Both the position numbers and the translations under genes were made by a program. Source: an uncultured Caldisericota bacterium (GTDB lineage Bacteria; Caldisericota; Caldisericia; B22-G15). From it: a stretch of 64,000 bases of DNA. The notes below the pieces were generated by a model. The model did no database searches and was not told where the DNA came from. It saw only the letters and a program-made list of their open reading frames with translations. Within the stretch, counting starts at the first letter, position 1, and every line of letters starts with the position of its first letter. Of this stretch, positions 21,487 to 31,297 are shown one piece after another. Where the stretch lies: NCBI GenBank assembly GCA_964640995.1, contig CAZXJJ010000003.1:198829-262828 (forward strand), given 5' to 3'.

Positions 21487-22221
21487 CTAAAAATATGCTT
21501 TTCTTATTATTTCTTCTTTCTTTAACTCTTCTGATGTTCCTTCAGCAATAATTTGACCCTTTTGAAGATAATATCCATAATCAGTAATTTCAAGAGCCAT
21601 AACAGCATTTTGCTCAATGAGTAAAACTGTTATACCGGTTTTATTAATCTTTTGAATTATTTCTGCTGTTTCTTGAACTAAAATTGGAGCAAGACCAAAA
21701 GATGGCTCATCAAAAATTATGAGTTTTGGATTTGCCATAAGTGCTCTTCCAATATTTAACATAGATTGTTCTCCACCAGAAAGAGTACCTGCAACCTGTG
21801 ATAATCTCTCTTTTAATCTTGGAAAATGAGGAAAAACGAGTTCTTCAAGTCTTCTATCAATTTCTTTTTTATCTTTTACAAGATATGCATCTATTTTTAA
21901 ATTTTCAAGAACAGTCATTTTTGGAAATATTCTTTTTCCCTCAGGAGCAATTGAAATTCCAAGAGCGATTCTTTCAAAAGTTCTCAATCTTGTTATATCT
22001 CTGTTTTCAAAAACTATATTTCCTCCGACAACTTTAACAAGACCCAATATTGCCTTAATAAGAGTTGATTTTCCAGCACCATTACTTCCAAGAAGAGAAA
22101 CAATTTTACCTTTTTCAACATTTATATTTACATCAATGAGCATTTTATTTTGACCATAAACTGTTGTTAAATTTTTTATCTCAAGCATTAAATTTTCTTT
22201 CATTATCCAACTCCTTACCAA
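21487..22221 (-). CDS. livF: branched-chain amino acid ABC transporter ATP-binding protein
   Basis: 244 aa; Walker A GSNGAGKST, signature LSGGEQ, LivF-type. Confidence 0.85.
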   Translation of the reverse strand: MVRSWIMKENLMLEIKNLTTVYGQNKMLIDVNINVEKGKIVSLLGSNGAGKSTLIKAILGLVKVVGGNIVFENRDITRLRTFERIALGISIAPEGKRIFPKMTVLENLKIDAYLVKDKKEIDRRLEELVFPHFPRLKERLSQVAGTLSGGEQSMLNIGRALMANPKLIIFDEPSFGLAPILVQETAEIIQKINKTGITVLLIEQNAVMALEITDYGYYLQKGQIIAEGTSEELKKEEIIRKAYF

Positions 22222-22987
22222 AATATGCCTCTTTTACATCAATATTATTCGAAACTTCCGCATATGTGCCTTCTGCAATAACTTGTCCAAAATTTAGTGC
22301 ATAAACTCTTTCAGTAACCGTACTTATAACTTTCATATCATGCTCAATTATAAAAATTGTAACATTTTTCATTTGAGAGCGTACTTTTCCAATATCTTCC
22401 ATAAGCTCCATTGTTTCATCTGCATTCATTCCAGCAGAGGGCTCATCAAGAAGAATGAGTTTTGGCTCAGAAATCATTGCTCTACAAATTTCAACCCTTC
22501 TTCTATCGATAAATGGCAAACCTCCAACTCTAAAATAAAGTTTATTTACAAGTTCTGGATTAAAAACCTTAAGAAGATTTATTGCTTTTTCTTTGTATTC
22601 CTCAAGTTCTTTATAAAATTTTTTTCTATTAAAAAGTGCTTCACCAAAACCACTATTTTGCACAAAGTGAGTTCTAATTAAAATATTATCAAGCACTGTT
22701 AAATCAAAACATACTCTACTTGCCTGATATGTTCTTGAAATATCCTTTGTCATAATTTCATATGGCTCTTTTCCTGTTAATCTCTCGCCCAAAAAATAAA
22801 AATTTCCGCCTGTTGGTTTATAAAATCCTGTAATTACATTAAAGAAAGTTGTTTTACCACTTCCATTTGGTCCTATCATTCCAAGAATTTCATTTTCATA
22901 AATTTTTATATTTATATTTTTCAAAGCATAAAGTCCACCAAATCTCATCTCGATATTTTCAGTGTATAGTATTATCTTCTTTTCCAT
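22181..22987 (-). CDS. livG: branched-chain amino acid ABC transporter ATP-binding protein
   Basis: 268 aa; Walker A GPNGSGKTT, LivG-type C-terminal extension. Confidence 0.85.
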   Translation of the reverse strand: MEKKIILYTENIEMRFGGLYALKNINIKIYENEILGMIGPNGSGKTTFFNVITGFYKPTGGNFYFLGERLTGKEPYEIMTKDISRTYQASRVCFDLTVLDNILIRTHFVQNSGFGEALFNRKKFYKELEEYKEKAINLLKVFNPELVNKLYFRVGGLPFIDRRRVEICRAMISEPKLILLDEPSAGMNADETMELMEDIGKVRSQMKNVTIFIIEHDMKVISTVTERVYALNFGQVIAEGTYAEVSNNIDVKEAYFGKELDNERKFNA

Positions 22988-22988
22988 A

Positions 22989-23873
22989 TTAACTCTCCTT
23001 TACAAATCTTTTGTCATAAATTCTTTCTTTGAATGGAATAAGTCCTTGAGGTCTAAATATCAAAACAAGAACAATTAAAAGTCCATAAAGCATAACTCTG
23101 TATTCAGTTATGACTCTTAATTTTTCTGGGAAGAGAACCAAAATAAATGCACCAACAAGAACTCCGATTATGTTATCGCTTCCTCCAAGAAGAACAATTG
23201 AAATTAACATAAGACCAAGTGTTAAGGTAAAATTTGGAGGAGATATAAAACCAATCATATGAGCATAAATTGCACCACCAATTCCCATAAAAAAGTTTCC
23301 AATAAGAAGGGCAGTCAATCTCCATTTATTTGTAAAAACTCCACAACCCTTTGCAGCAGATTCATCATCCCTAATGTAATTTAAAGTTAACCCAATCCAA
23401 GAATTATATAATCTATGGAAAAATACAAGTGTGAGTAGTAAAATGATAACAACGAGAAAGTAGTAGTTCACATAAAAGTGTGTTCCAAAAGGGGGTTTCT
23501 GAAAATTATATCCAAAAAGATTAATTGGGGGAATATTTTTAAGACCTTGTGGTCCACCAACAAAATCAAGATTGTTTAAAGATAAAACAAACATATAACC
23601 AAAAGCAAGTGTAATTAAAGCAAAATATTGTCCTCTTGTTCTAAAAATTGGAATAAAAAGAAGTAGACCAAAAAGAGAAGCAGCGATTCCTCCAAGAGGA
23701 ATTGTTAAAACTGCAGGAAGCTTATAATGTATTGCAAGATAACCTGCTGTATAAGCACCAACACCATAAAAAGCAGATGCAGCAAGATTCATAATTCCAG
23801 TTGAGCCAACTTGAAAATTTAATCCAAGTGCGACAATTGCAAAAATGAAGTTTGAATAACAATTAAGAGCCAA
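22989..23873 (-). CDS. livM: branched-chain amino acid ABC permease
   Basis: 294 aa polytopic; LivM core. Confidence 0.8.
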   Translation of the reverse strand: MALNCYSNFIFAIVALGLNFQVGSTGIMNLAASAFYGVGAYTAGYLAIHYKLPAVLTIPLGGIAASLFGLLLFIPIFRTRGQYFALITLAFGYMFVLSLNNLDFVGGPQGLKNIPPINLFGYNFQKPPFGTHFYVNYYFLVVIILLLTLVFFHRLYNSWIGLTLNYIRDDESAAKGCGVFTNKWRLTALLIGNFFMGIGGAIYAHMIGFISPPNFTLTLGLMLISIVLLGGSDNIIGVLVGAFILVLFPEKLRVITEYRVMLYGLLIVLVLIFRPQGLIPFKERIYDKRFVKES

Positions 23874-24154
23874 TAAATATAAAGAGGAACTAATAGTTTG
23901 CTTACAAAAGGAAAAAGAAAAAGAAGAATAACCATAACAAGAATTGCAAAATTTGAATTTTTCTTGAAACTTTCTGAGATAAAATCGAATTGCTTTTTAA
24001 ATTTTCTTGAAAGATATAAAATTCCACCAATCAAAGCAATTGTAATTATAATTATCCATATTGATTCAATTCTTAAAAAAATCATAGAGTATAGATACAC
24101 TAAAATTTCAATAAATAAAACCATTAATAAATTAATTAATCCACTTTTTTTCAT
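23819..24154 (-). CDS. small membrane protein; possibly the N-terminal extension of LivM separated by a frameshift
   Basis: 111 aa, 3-4 TM helices, ends 55 nt inside the livM ORF in another frame. Confidence 0.35.
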   Translation of the reverse strand: MKKSGLINLLMVLFIEILVYLYSMIFLRIESIWIIIITIALIGGILYLSRKFKKQFDFISESFKKNSNFAILVMVILLFLFPFVSKLLVPLYIYWLLIVIQTSFLQLSHLD

Positions 24155-24156
24155 AT

Positions 24157-25107
24157 CTACACCCTCTCATAAACTTTCTCACCAAGAATTCCAGACGGTC
24201 TGAAGATTAAGAATATGATAACAACTGCAAAAGCAATAACATCCATAAATTCTGATCCTCGTGGTATCAAAGCGGCAGATAATGCTTCTGTCATAGAAAA
24301 TATAAATCCTCCAATTATTGCACCATAAATATTTCCAAGACCTCCAAGGACAGCAGAAGACAAACCTATAACACCCATCATAGCACCCATATCAAAAACA
24401 ACAGTATTATAATAGAGACCATAGAGAATTGCAGCAAGTGCAGCAAGAGCAGAACCAATGAAAAATGTAATATCAATTATAAAATCTTTGTTAACTCCCA
24501 TCATAAGAGCACACTCTGGATCTTGGGCAACTGCTCTTATTGCAAGACCCATTTTTGTTTTGTTAATAAAGAGTGCAAGAAGAAAAACAACAATTATACC
24601 AATAACAAGAAATAAAATATTCTCATATCTAAAAATTACTCCACTAAATTCAAATGCACCTTTTGTATTTTCAAATAGTTTATGAAAAAGTTCTGGAAAT
24701 TTTTTCGATTCACCACCTCTTGGATAGAAAAGTCTTATTCCTTCTCTTATTGCTATTCCAAGTCCGAGTGTTGCAAGTAAACTCATAGTAACTGGCCCTT
24801 TTGAAACAGGTTTAACTGCTAACCTTTCAAGAATAACACCAATTACTCCAAGAACAACCATTGACAAAAGAAAAATAAGAACAACAACACCAATATAAGT
24901 TCCACCTGTTAAGGTTAAAACACCAAAAATTGAAATTATGATTAGTGAAACAAATGCACCAAGAGCAAAAACATCTCCATGTGAAAAGTTTAAAACATTT
25001 AAAACACCTCTAAAAAGAGTAAAACCAACAGCAACCATAGCATATTGAATTCCAAGCATTATTCCATTAAAAATTATTTGTAAAATAACAGAGAATCCAG
25101 TCATCAA
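24157..25107 (-). CDS. livH: branched-chain amino acid ABC permease
   Basis: 316 aa polytopic LivH-type. Confidence 0.85.
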   Translation of the reverse strand: MMTGFSVILQIIFNGIMLGIQYAMVAVGFTLFRGVLNVLNFSHGDVFALGAFVSLIIISIFGVLTLTGGTYIGVVVLIFLLSMVVLGVIGVILERLAVKPVSKGPVTMSLLATLGLGIAIREGIRLFYPRGGESKKFPELFHKLFENTKGAFEFSGVIFRYENILFLVIGIIVVFLLALFINKTKMGLAIRAVAQDPECALMMGVNKDFIIDITFFIGSALAALAAILYGLYYNTVVFDMGAMMGVIGLSSAVLGGLGNIYGAIIGGFIFSMTEALSAALIPRGSEFMDVIAFAVVIIFLIFRPSGILGEKVYERV

Positions 25108-25126
25108 ACCTCCCTTTTTTTATCAA

Positions 25127-25152
25127 AAATAAAAAAGGGCAAGGTTGCCCTT
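25127..25152 (-). terminator. intrinsic terminator/attenuator between livK and livH
   Basis: Minus-strand hairpin AGGGCAAGG-GCAA-CCTTGCCCT followed by a T6 run. Confidence 0.5.
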
Positions 25153-25169
25153 GCCCTTCTAGCCTCTTT

Positions 25170-26404
25170 TTATGGCTTCTTGTATGGATTTACCCACTCT
25201 TTTCCTTCTCTGTATGCAAATCCTGGAAGCGTTCTAATTCCTTTTGCATATTCTGAATCTTGCCATGGAACCCATTTTCCATCTTGACTTACATAAGGTG
25301 TTGCAAGAGGAACATCATTTTGACCATATTCATTGAAGTGAATTCTTCCAATTATGTCTTCATAATCAGTCTTATTAACCTCTTCAATTACTTTTGCTCT
25401 ATCAGGTCCAACTTTTTCAATTGCTCTAATTAGAATATTTGCAGCACAATATGCAAATGGACCATATGCTTATGGTGGTTCAGCATAACCTGCTTTATTG
25501 TATTCCTCCATGAAAAACTTTCCACCTGGTAAATATTCAACAGGCGCACCATCTAACATACAAATAACACCTTCAGCATGTTCACCAAGTGCAGTGTTAA
25601 AATCATCTGATATAATTCCTGATGTTCCTAAAAATTGTGCTTTAATTCCAAGTTTATCCATCTGAAGCTTAATATTGACTCCCTCTGGTGTTAATCCACC
25701 AAAATAAATTACTTCAGGATTTAGTGCTTTAATTTTTGTTAAAACAGTTGTAAAATCTTTTTGTCAATTACAATACCTTCTTCTGCAATTGGTTTTATTC
25801 CTCTTCTTGCAAGTGCTTCTTTGAAATATTGAAGGTGTCCTCTTCCATAATCTGTTGTATCATAAATAATTGCAAATTTCTTAAAACCAAGAGTATCAAC
25901 TGTAAGTTGAGCATTTGCTTCATTTTGTTCAACTTGAGTTCCATTTACTCTACAAACCTCAGGATAATCATTTCCATAAGTTATTGCAGGCAAAACTGCT
26001 CCCCATACAATATTTACAACTCCGAACTTATGAAAAACATCAGCAGTAGCAATTGCAACCATGCTATTATAATGTGCTGCAACTGCTACAATTTCTGGGT
26101 CAGAGCATGCCTTTGTTACAACTTCTACTCCCTTTTGAGGTACACCCTAATCATCAAAATATACAACTTCATATTTGTATTTCGTGTCAGGTTTATCATT
26201 CCAATGTTTAACAGCAAGTTTAAATGAATTTAATCCGCCTATGCCCATTTTTGCATATTTACCAGTAAGTGGACCAATAAAACCTGATTTTAAAACTTTC
26301 TTCTCTTGAACCTTCTTTGTGCATCCCCAATTAAAAGAAATTAAAGTTAAAAAAGTGTGATAATTATAATTGATGCTAAAAATTTTGTTGATTTTTGCAT
26401 ACAC
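25170..26404 (-). pseudogene. livK: branched-chain amino acid ABC substrate-binding lipoprotein (LivK/LivJ family), inactivated
   Basis: N-terminal lipobox (NWGC) ORF 26147..26404, then in-frame TAG at about 26144, a 1-nt frameshift in an A5 run near 25745, in-frame TAA at about 25467; remaining pieces 25739..26062 and 25470..25661 are clearly LivK-like. Confidence 0.75.
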
Positions 26405-26540
26405 ACCTCCTTTTCTTTTTACTCAATCACTCTTTGATTTTCAAATTTGCCTTAACACTCAAACACTAGGATTTAGCACAATGTAATTTTTTTAAAACAA
26501 ATTTAATTTTTGTCAATAGAGTTGATGTTATAATTTTAAT

Positions 26541-27341
26541 ATGAATTTCCTATCAAAATACATAGAGTATTTTTTAAGATTAATTGTTCTTATATCAATT
26601 TTTTTAATTATTAAAATTTTTTTAAATGTTTTAAAGAGAAGATTCATAAAATTTTATGAAAAAGTTGAATGTTATAAGAAAAGATTAACTCTTGTAAAAC
26701 TTATATTTTCTATCTCAGATTATCTTTTAATTTTTCTTTTTATTTGGTATTTTCTAAAAATATTCAATATAGATACAACTCCACTTCTTGCAGCAAGTGG
26801 AATTTTTGGAATTGCAATTGGTTTTGCAGGTCAAACATTCTTTAAAGATGCAATAGCAGGAATATTTTTAATTTTAGAAAATTATTATTCTGTTGGGGAT
26901 ATAATAGAAATTGATGATATTTTAGGAACAGTTGAAGAAATTGGAATAAGAACAACTGTTATTAGAAATTATGAAGGGAAACTTTTTTATATTCCAAATG
27001 GAGAGATAAGAAAAGTTATTAAATATGGTTATGGAGAGCAATTTTTATGGGTTGAGGTTCCAATTTCTTATGAGGCAAATTTAGAAAAAGCGAAAGAGTT
27101 AATTTTAAAAGCTGGAGAGGTTCTTTTAAACGAAGATGAGATTTTAGAAAAACCTCAAATTATGGGAGTAAATAAGTTTTCTGAATCCTCAATTTCTATT
27201 CTTGTTAAAATGAAAATTGAGAAAGATAAAAGGTGGTGTGCAAGAAGACGCTTTTTTGAGGAGATTAAAAAAACTTTTGATAAAGAAGGAATTGAAATTC
27301 CTTACAATAGAATGGTAGTTTATCTTAAAGACAAAAAATGA
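26541..27341 (+). CDS. mscS: small-conductance mechanosensitive channel
   Basis: 266 aa; three N-terminal TM helices and the MscS beta-domain motif; extended -10 TGTTATAAT ends 6 nt before the ATG with no SD. Confidence 0.8.
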   Translation: MNFLSKYIEYFLRLIVLISIFLIIKIFLNVLKRRFIKFYEKVECYKKRLTLVKLIFSISDYLLIFLFIWYFLKIFNIDTTPLLAASGIFGIAIGFAGQTFFKDAIAGIFLILENYYSVGDIIEIDDILGTVEEIGIRTTVIRNYEGKLFYIPNGEIRKVIKYGYGEQFLWVEVPISYEANLEKAKELILKAGEVLLNEDEILEKPQIMGVNKFSESSISILVKMKIEKDKRWCARRRFFEEIKKTFDKEGIEIPYNRMVVYLKDKK

Positions 27342-27345
27342 TTCT

Positions 27346-28254
27346 ATGAGTGCATCATACCTCTATCTATCAAAAAAAGAGATTAGAAAAAGAGGTTTTG
27401 AACTTTTTACTCGACTTTCTCATTGTGATATATGTCCGAGAGAGTGCAGGGTAAATAGAATTTTAGGAAAAAGGGGGTATTGTGGAAGTGATTATAAATT
27501 AAAAATAAGTACATACTCACTTCATTTTGGTGAAGAAAAACCAATTTCAGGTTTAAATGGTTCCGGAACTATCTTTTTTACAAATTGTTCCTTGAGATGT
27601 AAATTTTGTCAAAATTACACAATTAGTCAACATGGAGAAGGAGAAGAATATGAAATAGAGGATCTTGCTAAAATTATGATTCACTTACAAAATCTTGGAG
27701 CACATAACATTAATTTAGTGACTCCAACACATTACTCTCCACACATTCTTCTTGCAATATCAATTGCAAAAGAGATGGGTCTTAAAATTCCAATTTTATA
27801 CAACACATCAGGTTACGAAAAGGTTGAAATTTTAAAATTTTTAGAAGGAATTATTGATATATATCTCCCAGATGCAAAATATGGAGATAAAAATATTGCA
27901 AAAAAATATTCAGAGGCAGAAAATTATCCAGAAATAAATATAAAAGCAATAAAAGAGATGGTAAGGCAAGTTGGATTTATGAAACTAAATAAAAATGGAA
28001 TTGTTGAAAGAGGTGTTATTGTAAGGCACTTAATTTTGCCAAATAATGTTGAAAATTCGAAATTAGTTCTTGAGTCTCTAAATGAAAATATTGGAAAAGA
28101 CCTAACTATTTCACTCATGACACAATATTATCCTTGTTTTAAAACTCTCGGTGACAAAGAGTTGGGTAGAAGAATAACAAGAGAAGAATTCGTTGAAGTT
28201 TTAAAATATTTCAGAGAACTCGGATTTAAAGAGGAATTAATTCAATATATTTAA
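27346..28254 (+). CDS. radical SAM protein, PFL-activase-like (extra N-terminal Cys cluster)
   Basis: 302 aa; CDICPRECRV plus canonical CSLRCKFCQN CxxxCxxC motif. Confidence 0.65.
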   Translation: MSASYLYLSKKEIRKRGFELFTRLSHCDICPRECRVNRILGKRGYCGSDYKLKISTYSLHFGEEKPISGLNGSGTIFFTNCSLRCKFCQNYTISQHGEGEEYEIEDLAKIMIHLQNLGAHNINLVTPTHYSPHILLAISIAKEMGLKIPILYNTSGYEKVEILKFLEGIIDIYLPDAKYGDKNIAKKYSEAENYPEINIKAIKEMVRQVGFMKLNKNGIVERGVIVRHLILPNNVENSKLVLESLNENIGKDLTISLMTQYYPCFKTLGDKELGRRITREEFVEVLKYFRELGFKEELIQYI

Positions 28255-29069
28255 GAAAAATCTTTGAAAAGAAGGTTTATAAATTTTTCTCTCTTAAATT
28301 TTTCAAAACTTTTTAAATCCTCTCCAAATGATAAAAAAAGAATAGGAATTTTATATTTATCATAAATTGGAACTAAAATTCCTGGTTTAATGGTTGAATC
28401 GATTTTTGTTATGAAAAACCCGGTTATATTCATTGCTTCATTGAATTTTTCAACTTGAGAGTATAAATTTTCTCCTTCAGTTGAATCAAGAACAAGAATT
28501 GTTTCTGTTATTTCCTTAAAATTTTTCTCAATAACTCTTTTTATCTTTTTTAACTCTTCAATAAGGTTCTTTTTTGTCTCTAATCTTCCTGCAGTATCTA
28601 TGAAAAATTTTTTATACCCTCTATTTAATCCAAAATTTAATCCATCATAAATTACACTTCCAGGTTCATCCCCTCTTCTTCCCATAAAAACAGAAACTCC
28701 AATTCTATCTCCCCAAATTTTAAGTTGTTCATTCGCTCCTGTTCTAAATGTATCCCCTTGAATAAAAAGCACACATTCACCTTTTTCTTTAAAATAACTT
28801 CCAAGTTTTGCAATTGAAGTTGTTTTTCCTCCACCATTTACTCCTAAAAAAAGGTAAATTGAGGTTTCTAAAACTTTTAAATCTCTTTCACTTCCATCTA
28901 AAATTTGAAATAAACTTTTTTTAACACCTTCAATTCCACTTTTTTTATAAATCTTCATAAGTTCTTCTGAAAAATCTATACCAAAACCTGAAAGAAGGAG
29001 AAAATCTTCAAAACTCTCAAGTTCCTCTTTTTTACCTTTTATAAATTCAAAAAATTTGAAAAGATTCAT
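28251..29069 (-). CDS. ftsY: signal recognition particle receptor FtsY (short form, NG domain only)
   Basis: 272 aa; G1 GVNGGGKTT, DTAGR and TKIDST SRP-GTPase motifs; no acidic A-domain. Confidence 0.7.
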   Translation of the reverse strand: MNLFKFFEFIKGKKEELESFEDFLLLSGFGIDFSEELMKIYKKSGIEGVKKSLFQILDGSERDLKVLETSIYLFLGVNGGGKTTSIAKLGSYFKEKGECVLFIQGDTFRTGANEQLKIWGDRIGVSVFMGRRGDEPGSVIYDGLNFGLNRGYKKFFIDTAGRLETKKNLIEELKKIKRVIEKNFKEITETILVLDSTEGENLYSQVEKFNEAMNITGFFITKIDSTIKPGILVPIYDKYKIPILFLSFGEDLKSFEKFKREKFINLLFKDFS

Positions 29070-29093
29070 ATTTAAATGATATCATATTGATGT

Positions 29094-29831
29094 ATGGAAG
29101 AGAGAGAGGTGAGAGAAGTTGTTTATGGTCCAGTACTCTCTTGGAGATATGGAAAATCTCTTGGAATAAATCTTCTAGGGAAAACAAAAAGAATATGCAC
29201 CTTCTCCTGCATTTATTGTGAACTTGGACCATTCAGTTTAAAAGAAAGTGAAAAGTTATATAAAATAAAAAGAGAAATTTTTGTTGAGGGAGAAATAGTT
29301 TTAGAAGAGTTTAAAAAGTTTTTAAATTCTGATTTTGATGTAATAACCTTTTCAGGTGCAGGTGAACCAACCTTAGCAAAAAATATAAAGGAGGTCTCAC
29401 AGAAGATAAAAGAGATAAAACCTGATAATCCTATTGTTTTATTAACAAATTCATCACTTCTTCATCTTGATGAGGTAAGAAAAGATGTTTTAAATTTTGA
29501 TATCATTGATGTAAAAATTGATGCTATAAGTGAGGAAATTTTTAAAAAAATAAATAGACCTATAACAGGAGTAACAATAGAAAAAATTCTTTATGGTATA
29601 AGAAAACTAAAAGAAGAGTTCAAAGAAAAACTTCACATCCAAATAATGGTTACTCAAATAAATTTAAAAGAAATAAAAAAAATAGCAAACTTTGTTATTG
29701 AAATCCATCCAGATGAAGTTCACCTTAACACTCCAACAAGATACCCTTGGAAAAAACCAGTTTCAAAAGAAACCCTTCTACCACTTAAAAATTACTTCAA
29801 AAACCTCAAAGTTAGAACCCCTTATGATTAA
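29094..29831 (+). CDS. small radical SAM-domain protein of unknown function
   Basis: 245 aa; CTFSCIYCELG CxxxCxxC and GAGEPTL glycine-rich SAM motif. Confidence 0.6.
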   Translation: MEEREVREVVYGPVLSWRYGKSLGINLLGKTKRICTFSCIYCELGPFSLKESEKLYKIKREIFVEGEIVLEEFKKFLNSDFDVITFSGAGEPTLAKNIKEVSQKIKEIKPDNPIVLLTNSSLLHLDEVRKDVLNFDIIDVKIDAISEEIFKKINRPITGVTIEKILYGIRKLKEEFKEKLHIQIMVTQINLKEIKKIANFVIEIHPDEVHLNTPTRYPWKKPVSKETLLPLKNYFKNLKVRTPYD

Positions 29832-29982
29832 AGAGTCTCAAATAAATTTTTAAATGTTTTAAAATAAATTTTCTTTATTTTGTTAAAACTTATCTATCAA
29901 CAACTCCATATGAATTTATATTTAAAACTTTTCTATTATAACTAAATTTTTTCATAGAAAATAAGGGTGTTATAATAAAATT

Positions 29983-31263
29983 ATGAGAAGAATTTTATTT
30001 TTAACATTTATTTTAATATCTTTTATTTTTAACATAACTTATTCAAAAAGTGAGAAAGTTTTAATTTTGCATATAGAAGGAGAAATTGAATTAGGTTTAT
30101 CAAAATATGTTGAAAGAGGTTTGAGTAATTTAGATGGTGTAAAAGCGGTAATTTTTGTTGTTGATACATTTGGTGGAGCAGTTGATGCGGCAACTCAAAT
30201 AAGAGATAAAATTTTAGAATTAAATTCTAAAGGAATACTCACAATTGGATGGATAAAAGGAAGAGCTTGGTCTGCAGGTGCTTTAATTACACTTGCCACA
30301 AAAAAAATAGTATTTTCCTCTGGAGGAAGTATGGGAGCAGCAGAACCAATACCTGCAACTGAAAAAACTATTTCTGCTCTTAAAGGAGAATTTGAATCAA
30401 CATGTGAAGCGAATGGAAGAGACCCGCTTATTGGTGCTGCAATGGTTGATAAAGATATTGAAATTGAGGGAATTGTTAAAAAAGGAGAGATTTTAACTCT
30501 TTCTAAAGATTTGGCAAAAAAGGTCGGCTTTCTTGATTTTGAGGCTAATTCAATAGAAGAAATTTTAAGTGAATTTAATTTAAAAAATTATGAATTTATA
30601 GATATTAAATATTCTTTAACAGAAAAAATTGCTCGATTTATAACACAAAGCACAATCAGAGAAATTTTGCTTGTTATTGGCTTTTTAGGTCTTTTAATTG
30701 AAGCAACAACTCCTGGTTTTGGAGTTCCAGGAACAATGGGAATAATATCTTTATCACTTTTTTTTGGAGGACACATGATTGCAGGGCTTGGAAATTGGCT
30801 TTATGTGGGATTATTCATCGCAGGAGTAATTTTACTCTTAATTGAGATTTTTTTAATTCCAGGTTTTGGTTTAACAGGAATTGCTGGAATAATTTTAATC
30901 TTCATATCGATATTTTTTACTCTAGGTGGTGGAACAATGGCTCTTTATTCAATCGGATTAGTTTCAGCTATTCTTTTGATTTTATTTATAATTCTTCTTT
31001 TTCTTTTCCCCAAACTTCCAATATGGAATAAACTTGGACTCAAAGAAAGTTTAAAAACAGAAAAAGGTTACACTACTTATTCACAACTTGAAGAGTTGAT
31101 TGGAAAAGAAGCAATAGTTTTAACAACTTTAAGACCTTCAGGAGCAATTGAAATCGATGGGAAGAGGTATGATGCAATTTCGCTGGGTGAATTTATTGAA
31201 AAAGATTCAAAAGTGAAAGTTATAAAAATTGAAGGTGGTAAAATTATAGTTGAAAAACTTTAA
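29983..31263 (+). CDS. nfeD: membrane-bound ClpP-class serine protease NfeD (YqeZ-like)
   Basis: 426 aa; N-terminal S49/ClpP-like domain, central TM helices, C-terminal OB-fold; precedes the flotillin gene. Confidence 0.8.
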   Translation: MRRILFLTFILISFIFNITYSKSEKVLILHIEGEIELGLSKYVERGLSNLDGVKAVIFVVDTFGGAVDAATQIRDKILELNSKGILTIGWIKGRAWSAGALITLATKKIVFSSGGSMGAAEPIPATEKTISALKGEFESTCEANGRDPLIGAAMVDKDIEIEGIVKKGEILTLSKDLAKKVGFLDFEANSIEEILSEFNLKNYEFIDIKYSLTEKIARFITQSTIREILLVIGFLGLLIEATTPGFGVPGTMGIISLSLFFGGHMIAGLGNWLYVGLFIAGVILLLIEIFLIPGFGLTGIAGIILIFISIFFTLGGGTMALYSIGLVSAILLILFIILLFLFPKLPIWNKLGLKESLKTEKGYTTYSQLEELIGKEAIVLTTLRPSGAIEIDGKRYDAISLGEFIEKDSKVKVIKIEGGKIIVEKL

Positions 31264-31297
31264 CATTTTTTTGTAAATAATTTTTAAGGAGGTTACT

